DNA of 64,000 nucleotides from an uncultured Clostridia bacterium (lineage in GTDB: Bacteria > Bacillota > Clostridia > Oscillospirales > CAG-272), in assembly GCA_947630625.1 (NCBI GenBank), contig CANRIL010000011.1, positions 2,065-66,064 on the forward strand. Reading direction: 5' to 3'. The notes under the pieces were generated by a model. It was given only the letters and a program-made list of their open reading frames with translations. It did not search any database and was not told the DNA's origin. Position numbers and translations under genes: made by a program. How positions within the stretch are numbered: position 1 is the first letter of the stretch; the number at the start of each line of letters is the position of its first letter. Positions 9,187 through 17,792 of the stretch are shown here, in pieces.

Positions 9187-10563
9187 ATGAATATCATCAT
9201 CGTAGGCGGCGGCAAGGTCGGCATTTCGATCGCCGAACGCCTCTCGTATGAGGAACACAATATAACGCTTGTCGACACCGACACCGAAGTGCTCACGGAG
9301 GCGCAGGAAACGCTCGACGTTCTGACCGTCGACGGCAACGGTGCCGCCATCGACACGCTTCGCCGCGCGGACGCCGGAAAGGGCGATGTCCTCATCGCCA
9401 TGACGGACGCGGACGAGAAAAATCTGCTCTGCTGCCTCGCCGCCAAAAAGCTCGGCTGCCGCCACACGATCGCGCGTGTCCGCGACCCGCAGTATTCGCG
9501 GCACGCCTCGTTTCTGCGCGACGACTTGGGGCTTTCAATGGTCATAAGCCCCGAACACATGGCGGCGAACGAAATTTACCGCATAATACAGTTCCCCTCA
9601 TTTTTGAAGCGCGACTCGTTTGACAAAGGGCGCGTCGATATCGTGGAGATGAAGATCTCGGAGGGCAGCCCGCTCGACGGGAAAAAACTCTACGAGGCGT
9701 CCGGGATACTCGGGCTCCGCGTCCTCATCTGCGCCGTCGAGCGCGACGACATGGTCACGATCCCAAACGGCAGCTTCACGCTTCGCGCCGGCGACAGGAT
9801 CACGGTCACGGCGGCGAGGATCGACCTTGCCGTACTCATAAAAAGCCTCGGGCTCGTGCGGCAGAAGATACGCGCCGTCCTTATGATCGGCTGCGGCAGG
9901 ATCGCCGAATATCTCACGGATGAGCTTCTGCGCTCCGGCGTCAGCGTCAAGGTCATAGAAAAGGACACAAAGCGCGCCGAGGAATTTCAGCTCCGCTTCC
10001 CGAAAGCGCTCGTCATCAACGGCAACGCCTCACAGCGCGGCTTCCTCGAAGCGGAAGGGATCGAGAGCTTTGACGCCGTTATAACGCTGACCGGTGTCGA
10101 CGAAGAAAACCTCATCATTTCGATGTATTGCAGCCACATGGGGATAAAGAAGACGGTCACGAAGATCGACCGCAACGAATACGCGCGCCTCTTTTCCGAC
10201 ACGGAGGTCGGCTCCGTCGTCTGCCCGAAGGAACTGACGGCGAACGAGATCATCCGCTACGTCCGCGCCATTTCGAACAGCGGCGAGGATTCGATCCGCG
10301 CCCTGCACCGCCTCGTTGACGGCAAGGCGGAGGCGCTCGAATTTCTTGTCACCGATCAGCTTCCCTACGTCGAAATACCGCTTGCCCGCCTCCGTTTCAA
10401 GCAAAACGTCCTGATAGCCTGCATCTCACGCTCAAATCAGGTCATAATCCCGAACGGCGACGACGTGCTCCGTCCCGGAGACACCGTCATCGTCGTCACG
10501 ACTGCCGACCGCACGGTCGGCGACCTGCGCGACATTTTTGAGCGTGACGCCGTGAAGAACTAA
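9187..10563 (+). CDS. trkA: Trk potassium uptake system, NAD-binding subunit TrkA (two RCK_N plus RCK_C repeats)
   Basis: MNIIIVGGGKVG and a second Rossmann motif LMIGCGRIAEYL, at the typical 458-aa length. It lies directly upstream of trkH. Confidence 0.9.
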   Translation: MNIIIVGGGKVGISIAERLSYEEHNITLVDTDTEVLTEAQETLDVLTVDGNGAAIDTLRRADAGKGDVLIAMTDADEKNLLCCLAAKKLGCRHTIARVRDPQYSRHASFLRDDLGLSMVISPEHMAANEIYRIIQFPSFLKRDSFDKGRVDIVEMKISEGSPLDGKKLYEASGILGLRVLICAVERDDMVTIPNGSFTLRAGDRITVTAARIDLAVLIKSLGLVRQKIRAVLMIGCGRIAEYLTDELLRSGVSVKVIEKDTKRAEEFQLRFPKALVINGNASQRGFLEAEGIESFDAVITLTGVDEENLIISMYCSHMGIKKTVTKIDRNEYARLFSDTEVGSVVCPKELTANEIIRYVRAISNSGEDSIRALHRLVDGKAEALEFLVTDQLPYVEIPLARLRFKQNVLIACISRSNQVIIPNGDDVLRPGDTVIVVTTADRTVGDLRDIFERDAVKN

Positions 10564-10573
10564 GGGGGCGCGC

Positions 10574-12028
10574 TTGAATTACAAAATAGTTTCAAATTAT
10601 CTCGGCAGGATCCTTCTGCTCGAGTCGATTACGATGCTCCCGTCGCTCATAATGGCGATTTTTGCGGACGGACTTATGCCGACCGTGGCGTTTGCAGTCT
10701 CGATAGCAGTCTGCGCGGGCGTCGGAGCCATTTTGATATTCTGCCTTAAGCCGAAGAACAGAAATATTTTTTCGCGCGAGGGATGCGTAATCGTCGCGCT
10801 TTCATGGATAGCAATATCCATTTTCGGCGCGCTGCCTATGACGATCTCCGGCGCTATCCCGTCGTTTGTCGACGCCGTGTTCGAGACTGTATCCGGATTT
10901 ACGACGACGGGGGCGACGATCCTTACCGACATCGAGTCGCTGCCGATGAGCGTTCTGTACTGGCGCTCGTTTACGCATTGGCTCGGCGGCATGGGAGTGC
11001 TCATTTTCCTGCTCGCGCTCGGTCCCGATGGGCACGGGAGCGGAATGCCGTTTCAGATAATGCGCGCCGAAAGCCCGACGCCGACGGCGGGCAAGCTCGC
11101 GCCGAAGCTGCACCTGACGGCGCGGATACTGTATTCGATATATCTCGGTCTAACCGTTTTGCAGATCATCATCCTCATATGCGGCGGAATGCCCGTCTTC
11201 GACGCGGTCACCGCGTCGTTCAGCACGGCGGGGACTGGCGGATTTTCAATAAAAAACGACAGCTTTGCTTCGTATAGCCCGTTCTGCCAGACGACACTTG
11301 CCGTTTTCATGCTCCTGTTCGGCGTAAACTTCAACATTTATTTCCTCGTTCTCATCGGGGAATTTCGCCGCGTCTTCAAAAACAGCGAGCTGCGGACGTA
11401 TCTTGCCATCATCGCGGTTTCAGTCGCCGCCGTGACCGTCAACGTGCTCAAGATGTTTGACTCGTTCGGCGAAGCTCTGCATCACGCGTTTTTCCAGGTC
11501 GTATCTATAATCACAACGACGGGCGGCACTACGCTCGATTATGAGCCGTGGCCTGAATTTTCACACGGCGTGCTGCTTTTGCTGATGGTGGTCGGCGCGT
11601 GTGCCGGTTCGACAGGCGGCGGCGTAAAGGTTTCGCGCCTTGTCATCATGTGGAAGGCGTTCCGCACGGAAATAAAGAAGCTCCTTCACCCGCACGCTGT
11701 TTCAACCATCGAAATGGACGGGGAGATCGTCGAGCGCAGGACTCTTTCCCGCTGCGGAGTTTTCTTCTTCATCTATATGGTGATCGTGACGCTGTCGACA
11801 GTACTTCTCGCGCTTGAGGGAACGGACATTGAAACAAATTTCAGCGCCGTGCTCGCGTGCCTGAATAACGTCGGCCCCGGCTTCGGGCGCGTGGGTCCCG
11901 CGATGGCGTACACGTGCTTTTCCCCCGCCGGGAAAATCCTTCTCACGTTCGATATGCTGCTCGGCAGGCTCGGACTTTTCCCGGTGCTGCTCCTGTTCGT
12001 GCCCGCAACATGGAACAAGCGGAAATAA
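10574..12028 (+). CDS. trkH: Trk/Ktr-type potassium transporter membrane subunit TrkH
   Basis: TTG start 10 nt after the trkA stop. Multi-pass protein with the selectivity-filter-like motifs SGFTTTGAT, STAGTGGFS and TTTGGT. Confidence 0.9.
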   Translation: MNYKIVSNYLGRILLLESITMLPSLIMAIFADGLMPTVAFAVSIAVCAGVGAILIFCLKPKNRNIFSREGCVIVALSWIAISIFGALPMTISGAIPSFVDAVFETVSGFTTTGATILTDIESLPMSVLYWRSFTHWLGGMGVLIFLLALGPDGHGSGMPFQIMRAESPTPTAGKLAPKLHLTARILYSIYLGLTVLQIIILICGGMPVFDAVTASFSTAGTGGFSIKNDSFASYSPFCQTTLAVFMLLFGVNFNIYFLVLIGEFRRVFKNSELRTYLAIIAVSVAAVTVNVLKMFDSFGEALHHAFFQVVSIITTTGGTTLDYEPWPEFSHGVLLLLMVVGACAGSTGGGVKVSRLVIMWKAFRTEIKKLLHPHAVSTIEMDGEIVERRTLSRCGVFFFIYMVIVTLSTVLLALEGTDIETNFSAVLACLNNVGPGFGRVGPAMAYTCFSPAGKILLTFDMLLGRLGLFPVLLLFVPATWNKRK

Positions 12029-12074
12029 AATCATGCGGCAGGCGTCCCCCCGGCGTCTGTCGCCGTCTTTGTGC

Positions 12075-12109
12075 GCCGGAAAATGTCCCGATCTTCCGGC
12101 GTCTTTTTT
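12075..12109 (+). terminator. Rho-independent terminator after trkH
   Basis: gccggaa..ttccggc is followed by gtcTTTTTT. Confidence 0.65.
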
Positions 12110-12129
12110 AAAAAAATTTATATTGCCTA

Positions 12130-12158
12130 TTGACAGTGCGCCCGCCTTGTGATATCAT
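12130..12158 (+). promoter_or_regulatory. SigmaA-type promoter of the SPFH-RHH operon
   Basis: TTGACA (12130-12135), a 17-nt spacer, then TATCAT (12153-12158). Confidence 0.65.
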
Positions 12159-12172
12159 TATGATATCACAAG
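12146..12172. promoter_or_regulatory. Perfect inverted repeat (12-bp arms, 3-nt spacer) overlapping the -10 element; candidate operator
   Basis: CTTGTGATATCA tta TGATATCACAAG. The arms are exact reverse complements. Confidence 0.7.
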
Positions 12173-12191
12173 AATATGAGAGGTGAATATT

Positions 12192-13229
12192 ATGAATGAG
12201 ATCGTTTTATCGGGAAAGAAAAACGGGATGGCGGCGCTCCTTATTTGCATCGCCGTGCTGCTCGCCGCGATCGCCGGGGTCGTGTTCGGCGCAATGGGGA
12301 TGGACGCCGCTGAGACGGCGGGGGAGGATACGCCCGTCCTGTACGCAGTGCTGTTCGCCGTTTCTCTTGTCATTTTCTGTACCGGATGGATACCGCTCTG
12401 CGGGCTGCGCGTGCTCGCCCCGAACGAGGCGCTCGTGCTGACGCTGTTCGGCAAATATGTCGGAACGCTTAAGGGCGACGGATTTTTCTGCGTCAACCCG
12501 TTCTGCGTCTCGGTGAACCCCGCCGCGAAGACGAAGCTGAAGCAGTCCGGCGACGTATCATCTGTTCAGAGCGCCGTTTCATCGGACGGAAACTCCATTT
12601 CTATCGACACTACTTCAAAAAAGCTGTCTCTCAAGATAATGACGCTCAACAACAGCCGCCAGAAGATCAATGACTGCCTCGGCAACCCGATCGAGATCGG
12701 AATTGCCGTGACATGGCGCATCGTAGACACCGCAAAGGCGGTCTTCAATGTCGACAACTATAAGGAATTCCTCTCGCTGCAGTGCGACAGCGCGCTCCGC
12801 AACATCGTCCGTCTCTACCCGTACGATGTCGCGCCGAACATAGACACGACCGGCGACGGAATTGCGGACGACGGCAGCCTGCGCGGCTCCTCCGAGCTCG
12901 TTGCCTCCCGCATACGCGACGAGATCCAGAACCGCGTTGACGAGGCTGGGATAGAGGTCGTTGAGGCGCGCATCACGTACCTCGCTTACGCGACCGAGAT
13001 CGCCGCCGTCATGCTCCAGCGCCAGCAGGCATCCGCGATCATAGACGCGCGCAAGATGATCGTTGACGGCGCGGTCGGCATGGTCGAGATGGCGCTCGAC
13101 CGCCTGGCGGAAAAAGGCACCGTAACGCTTGACGAGGAGAGAAAAGCCGCGATGGTGTCAAATCTGCTCGTTGTCCTCTGCGGGAACCATGACGCGCAGC
13201 CTGTGGTCAATTCCGGGAGTTTGTATTGA
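12192..13229 (+). CDS. SPFH/Band 7 (stomatin/prohibitin-like) domain membrane protein
   Basis: Two N-terminal hydrophobic spans are followed by an SPFH core, from [28 protein letters not shown] to [25 protein letters not shown] precedes ATG 12192 (the track gives GTG 12183). Confidence 0.8.
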   Translation: MNEIVLSGKKNGMAALLICIAVLLAAIAGVVFGAMGMDAAETAGEDTPVLYAVLFAVSLVIFCTGWIPLCGLRVLAPNEALVLTLFGKYVGTLKGDGFFCVNPFCVSVNPAAKTKLKQSGDVSSVQSAVSSDGNSISIDTTSKKLSLKIMTLNNSRQKINDCLGNPIEIGIAVTWRIVDTAKAVFNVDNYKEFLSLQCDSALRNIVRLYPYDVAPNIDTTGDGIADDGSLRGSSELVASRIRDEIQNRVDEAGIEVVEARITYLAYATEIAAVMLQRQQASAIIDARKMIVDGAVGMVEMALDRLAEKGTVTLDEERKAAMVSNLLVVLCGNHDAQPVVNSGSLY

Positions 13230-13432
13230 TGTCTGACAACGAAAAGAAACAAGTTCCTTTAAGACTCTCGCCAAAACTGTACGCCGCGATAGCAGCGTGG
13301 GCGGAAGACGATTTCCGCTCCGTCAACGGGCAGATCGAATACCTTTTGACCGAGTGTGTCCGCCAGCGGAAGAAGAACGGCAAATACGTTTCCGACGAGA
13401 TCGACGTACCGCCTAAAATCGACATTGAATAA
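13226..13432 (+). CDS. Small ribbon-helix-helix (Arc/MetJ-like) DNA-binding protein
   Basis: 68 aa. [39 protein letters not shown] fits a beta-strand plus two-helix RHH pattern. Its start overlaps the SPFH stop by 4 nt. Confidence 0.6.
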   Translation: MMSDNEKKQVPLRLSPKLYAAIAAWAEDDFRSVNGQIEYLLTECVRQRKKNGKYVSDEIDVPPKIDIE

Positions 13433-13438
13433 CCGCAC

Positions 13439-13480
13439 GGGGAGGGCGCTCTCATAAACGAGGGCTGCCCTCCCCTTTGC
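13439..13480 (+). terminator. Hairpin terminator after the RHH gene
   Basis: ggggagggc (13439-13447) pairs with gccctcccc (13467-13475), followed by tttgc. The T-tail is weak. Confidence 0.5.
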
Positions 13481-13745
13481 ACGCCACGCCCCCCGTTTTC
13501 CTTTGCGTGCGGCGCATGCGCGGCGCACTGCGCCGCGCCTCCCGCGCACCATTGCCGTCCCCTCTCCATTTGAACGCGGCGTCCAACTGCTTCCCGCACT
13601 CCTTTGCCGCACTCCCTCCTTTGCACGCGATGCCAACTGTGCACCATTGCCTAACCCTTTTCCTTTGATCACGGCGCTCCGCTGCTCCCCGCACCCCTTT
13701 GCCGCCCTCCCCTTGCCGCGCCGCCCTTTTGCGGCAGCCGCGCGA
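13476..13745. repeat. C-rich (plus strand) degenerate repeat region with reiterated CCTTTGC motifs and a duplication of about 95 nt
   Basis: CC-TTTGC occurs 8 or more times. The unit starting caccattgcc at 13547 recurs at 13642 with, by eye, about three quarters identity over about 70 nt. C-runs at 13687-13712 fit (C3+N1-7)3C3+. Confidence 0.6.
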
Positions 13746-13779
13746 GAATACTGATTTGACCTAAAGCGAGCCGAAATTA

Positions 13780-13808
13780 TTGCATTTTTGCCGAAGATAT
13801 TTTATAAT
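13780..13808 (+). promoter_or_regulatory. Near-consensus sigmaA promoter upstream of the STAND NTPase gene
   Basis: TTGCAT (13780-13785), 17 nt, then TATAAT (13803-13808). Confidence 0.6.
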
Positions 13809-13890
13809 GAATTTCGGATGTGGTGCCAAAGCCGAGCCGAAATTTCCGGCGGCTTTACGACATAAACAAAACAAAAGGGCGGGGCCGCGA

Positions 13891-16800
13891 ATGATAAAGA
13901 TTTTTGTTTCAAGCACCTTCCGCGACATGCAGGCGGAGCGCGACGAAATACAGAAAAATATCGCCCCGCGTCTGCGCGCGGCGGCGCGCGAGTACGGGGA
14001 AGATGTCGAATTCTGCGATCTGCGCTGGGGAGTCGATACTTCCCTGCTCGGCGACGAAGAGAGCTCGAAAAAGGTCATGTCCGTGTGCCTTGACGAGATC
14101 GACAAGTGCAGGCCTTATATGCTCGTCCTTTTGGGCGAACGCTACGGCTGGATGCCGGACAGCAGGCTTTTGCTTGACACCGCGGCGAGAAAAAATTTTA
14201 CTCCGAGCTGCCCCGACGCGAGCGTGACCGCGCTTGAGATCGAATACGGCGCGCTTTCCTCCCCAGAGGCGCTGAAAAAAACTGTATTTATGTTCCGCGA
14301 CCCGATCCCTGGGGCGGGCATCGTATATAAAAGCGAGGACGACGAACACGCGCGCCATCTTTGCGAGCTCAAGGAAAAGATCCGTTCCCTTGCCGGGGAG
14401 AGAGTTTTTTCATATCAGGTCGGCTGGGACAGCGATGCCGGCGCGCCGTGCGGGCTCGAACAGTTTTCCGAAACGGTGACGGAGCAGTTTCTCGCCATTC
14501 TCGACGAAGATTTTGAAGCGTACAGGTCGCTCTCCGAAACAGGCAGGGAGCGCAGGCGGCACTGGAGCGTTATCGAAAGCAAATCATCGCAGTTTGCCGG
14601 ACGGCAGGAGCTGCTTAAACTTTGCCGCGAAAAGCTTGAAAGCAGGAGCCGCGCTCTGCTCGTTACGGGAGGCGCGGGGAACGGCAAAAGCACGCTTTGC
14701 GCCCGGCTGATAACGGACTACAGGGCGCGCGGCTGGTGTGTATTCCCATTCGTGTGCGGGAACGGCGGGGACGAAAAAACGGGGCTCGACGCGCTCATAT
14801 ACCTCGCTTTATCACTTGAGGAAGGTCTTAACGAAGAAGAGCGCCGCCAATTTGAGCAGATCGCGCACAGCGCCGCGCCGGAAAGCGAGGAGGCGGGCTG
14901 GTCGTTCTGGAACATACGCCTCGATATTCTTCTCAAAAAATTTTACAGCCCCGCCGGGAAAAAGGTGCTTTTCGCCGTCATCGGAGCCGAAAGATTTGAG
15001 CACGACGAAAGCACGGAAAAATTCAAATATATTCCGGAACTGAAAAATCAAGTTCTGCACGTCCTTGTGTGCTGCGACGACAAATATAAAACCGAATCGT
15101 TTCCCGGCCAAAAGTTGACTGTCCCGGAGCTGTCGGACGGCGAAAAAGAGTCCGTCATACGCGGGATCATGTCAAGCAGCGGCAAAGAGCTTGACATCTC
15201 CGTCATAGACGAGATCATGGGGAAAAAGCGCTCCTCCGTGCCGCTTTATTTGTCGCTTTTGACGAGGTGCCTGCTCACATTCGACAATGAAGACTTCGGG
15301 GCGATCAACGAGGGCGGAGGCGGAATGGACGCGATCTCCGGCTATATGAGAAATTTTGTCGCCGGACTGCCGGAGGATGAAGTCGGGCTGAGCCGCGTCA
15401 TCTTCCGGCGGCTCGCGCGGAGCGGCGGCACAGAGCTCATCACCGCCGCGATCGAATATATTGCCGCCTCGCGATTCGGTCTGCGCGAGCAGGACATAAG
15501 GGCGCTGCTCGGAGGTCGGGGGATTTCATGGAACCGCCTTGATTTTTCGCGGCTGATAGATTACAGCGCGCATTTCTTTATCGAAAACAACGGGTTGTTT
15601 GATTTTTCAGACGCCGCGTTCAAAGCTGCCGTGCGTTCGAGCTCCGATCTTCGGGAAAGAACCGCCGAGATATTCCTTTACATAAAATCCCTGCCGGACA
15701 CGGACGCGCTCAAAATCAGCGAGATCGTGTACTGCTGCCATGCGACGGACGACAAGGACCTTCTGATGCGTTTTCTCATCTCCGTCACGGACAGGGACGA
15801 TCGGGACGCGGCGCGAAAGGCGGCGCACAACATTTTAAATACAGATGTCTGCGTCTGGTTCATGCTGGCGATAAGGGACATTACCGATCCGAAGCTGCTG
15901 CTGCACATATATAATTTCTGGTGTCTTTACGTGATGGACGGCGTCGGCTCAAAGAGAAGAGACGAGCTTTCCGCCGCGCGCGTTATATGCGAGGCGCTTG
16001 CGGTGAAAGCCATGGAATTTGCGAGCAGCACGGGCGAGGAGATTTTCCGCTGCATGCTCTGCCTTCTCATGCAAAAAGAAGGCGAGCTGTTCATGAAGCT
16101 GAGAAACTTTCGTGACGCCGCCGGCGCGTTCAACAGCGCCTGCGTCAGGGCTGCCGAGCTGTATAAGGACACCGGGGGAAAAGAATACAAATACATTTTT
16201 GCAAACAGCGCGTTCCGTGCCGGCAAGGCGCATTCGGAGCTTTCCGGGTACAAGGACGCGGAGGATTTGTTTGATGCCGCGGAAAAAACGTTTGAAAGCC
16301 TGATCCGTGAAACGTCGGAGACGGACGCTGCGCTCGGATACTGCGAAGCAAAATATGAGCACGCGCTCGTTTGCTGGCAGCAAGGTCACGTCCTTGAGGC
16401 GGAAGGGCTGTGTCTTGACGCTGTCTCGATATACCGACAGCTTTACGTGATGAAATTCGCCGGTCTTCTGGGGGATGTCCGGCAAATGTCGTCTTACAAG
16501 AACGCGTGCGAGATGCTCAGTTATATTTTCGATCTGAAAAAAGGCTCGCCCGGCGCGCCGACAGGGGAGGAGGCTGCGGCTCTCGACTCCGAGATCAGGC
16601 GGCTCGAGCGTATGATAGAGGACCTTTTGTGGGACCCGATGCTTATACGCGAATACGCGCGCTCGCTTAAGAAATTCGGCGCGCTTTGCGACTCCGTCGG
16701 ATACAATATCGGCGCGCTGCACGATTACGTGCTGTGCGTCAACATGCTTCGCTGGGCGGCGGAAAACGGCGGCGGCTCGGTCTGCATCAAGGATTACTAT

Positions 16801-17208
16801 GCGGGCTGCTACGAGCTGGCGGGATTTTATAAGAAGATCGGGCAAAATGACTATGCCGTCAGATATTATCTTGAAGACATACGTTACAGACGGCAGGTTT
16901 TATCAGAATATCCGTTTTTCGGGAACGCGCTCATGTTCAGCGATCGCTGCGCGGCGCTCGGTCAGCTTTTTGTTGAGATCGGCAGCCTTTGGGCTGCGTA
17001 TGAAGCGTTCCGCGAGGCGGCTGTCTGCTTCGGCTCCGTTGACGACGCCCCAAAGGAACTCGCCGCCTCGCTTTCGGAACAGCGATACGCGCTGATGTAT
17101 GAGGCGGCCTCGTTGATCGAGCCGTGGCGGTACACGAGAGCGGCGTTTGAAGAAAATCAGCTCAGGGCAAAAAAGCTGCTCGGATGGGACGAGGTGCTTC
17201 GCTGGTGA
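13891..17208 (+). CDS. STAND-class P-loop NTPase with an N-terminal DUF4062 (TIR-like) domain and C-terminal TPR-like repeats; candidate NLR-like immune sensor
   Basis: MIKIFVSSTFRDMQAERDEI...LRWGVD...YMLVLLGERYGWMPD is the DUF4062 signature. Walker A is LLVTGGAGNGKSTLCARL. The helical repeat region from about aa 700 is TPR-like (for example YKDAEDLFDAAEKTFESL and YYAGCYELAGFYKKIGQNDYAVRYY). ATG 13891 replaces the track start at 13780. Confidence 0.75.
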   Translation: MIKIFVSSTFRDMQAERDEIQKNIAPRLRAAAREYGEDVEFCDLRWGVDTSLLGDEESSKKVMSVCLDEIDKCRPYMLVLLGERYGWMPDSRLLLDTAARKNFTPSCPDASVTALEIEYGALSSPEALKKTVFMFRDPIPGAGIVYKSEDDEHARHLCELKEKIRSLAGERVFSYQVGWDSDAGAPCGLEQFSETVTEQFLAILDEDFEAYRSLSETGRERRRHWSVIESKSSQFAGRQELLKLCREKLESRSRALLVTGGAGNGKSTLCARLITDYRARGWCVFPFVCGNGGDEKTGLDALIYLALSLEEGLNEEERRQFEQIAHSAAPESEEAGWSFWNIRLDILLKKFYSPAGKKVLFAVIGAERFEHDESTEKFKYIPELKNQVLHVLVCCDDKYKTESFPGQKLTVPELSDGEKESVIRGIMSSSGKELDISVIDEIMGKKRSSVPLYLSLLTRCLLTFDNEDFGAINEGGGGMDAISGYMRNFVAGLPEDEVGLSRVIFRRLARSGGTELITAAIEYIAASRFGLREQDIRALLGGRGISWNRLDFSRLIDYSAHFFIENNGLFDFSDAAFKAAVRSSSDLRERTAEIFLYIKSLPDTDALKISEIVYCCHATDDKDLLMRFLISVTDRDDRDAARKAAHNILNTDVCVWFMLAIRDITDPKLLLHIYNFWCLYVMDGVGSKRRDELSAARVICEALAVKAMEFASSTGEEIFRCMLCLLMQKEGELFMKLRNFRDAAGAFNSACVRAAELYKDTGGKEYKYIFANSAFRAGKAHSELSGYKDAEDLFDAAEKTFESLIRETSETDAALGYCEAKYEHALVCWQQGHVLEAEGLCLDAVSIYRQLYVMKFAGLLGDVRQMSSYKNACEMLSYIFDLKKGSPGAPTGEEAAALDSEIRRLERMIEDLLWDPMLIREYARSLKKFGALCDSVGYNIGALHDYVLCVNMLRWAAENGGGSVCIKDYYAGCYELAGFYKKIGQNDYAVRYYLEDIRYRRQVLSEYPFFGNALMFSDRCAALGQLFVEIGSLWAAYEAFREAAVCFGSVDDAPKELAASLSEQRYALMYEAASLIEPWRYTRAAFEENQLRAKKLLGWDEVLRW

Positions 17209-17251
17209 GCGCCGTTATCATCACTTTAAGACACATAAAGGAGACTTTTCT

Positions 17252-17710
17252 ATGATAAATATAATTTTCGTCTGTCACGGCAACATATGCCGCTCCCCGA
17301 TGGCAGAATTTGTCCTCCGGGACATGACAAAAAAGCGCCGCATCGAACATAACTTTAATATCTGCTCGGCGGCAACGAGCACGGAGGAGATCGGGAACGA
17401 CATGCACTACGGCAGCCGCGACAAGCTGCGCCGCGAGGGCATCCCGTTTGAGCGCAGACACGCAAGACAGATAACGCGGCGGGACTGCGACGCGGCGGAT
17501 TATATAATCGTGATGGATTCCTACAACATAAGGAATCTGGAGCGCGTCGTCGGCACCGGGTACAGGGAAAAGACTTACCGGCTCCTCGACTTCACCGCGC
17601 GCCGCGGCGAGGACATCGCCGACCCGTGGTATACGGGCGACTTTGACACCGCGTACCGCGACATCGTTGAGGGGTGCGAGGGGCTGCTCTCGGAGCTGGA
17701 GAAAAAATAA
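17252..17710 (+). CDS. Low-molecular-weight protein-tyrosine (or arginine) phosphatase
   Basis: MINIIFVCHGNICRSPMAE carries the C-X5-R-S P-loop, and DPWYTGDF provides the general-acid Asp. AAAGGAG RBS precedes ATG 17252. Confidence 0.85.
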   Translation: MINIIFVCHGNICRSPMAEFVLRDMTKKRRIEHNFNICSAATSTEEIGNDMHYGSRDKLRREGIPFERRHARQITRRDCDAADYIIVMDSYNIRNLERVVGTGYREKTYRLLDFTARRGEDIADPWYTGDFDTAYRDIVEGCEGLLSELEKK

Positions 17711-17792
17711 GCCGCCTTTTTCATCATTGTAAAACGGAAGATTTTATGATAGACTTTATTTTGCAGACCGGAAAGTGACGGGGGGATTTAAA

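Noticed and set aside
13433-13890. A protein-coding gene in the 458-nt gap upstream of the STAND gene (track ORFs 13477-13668, 13503-13754 and the minus-strand ORFs)
   Set aside because: The translations are Pro/Arg/Ala low-complexity strings produced by the C-rich repeats. They have no RBS and overlap one another in several frames.
15949-16845. 298-aa ORF antisense to the TPR region of the STAND gene
   Set aside because: It has no motifs or RBS and is fully embedded opposite a long coherent ORF. The same reasoning applies to the other antisense and overlapping ORFs between 13.9 and 17.2 kb.
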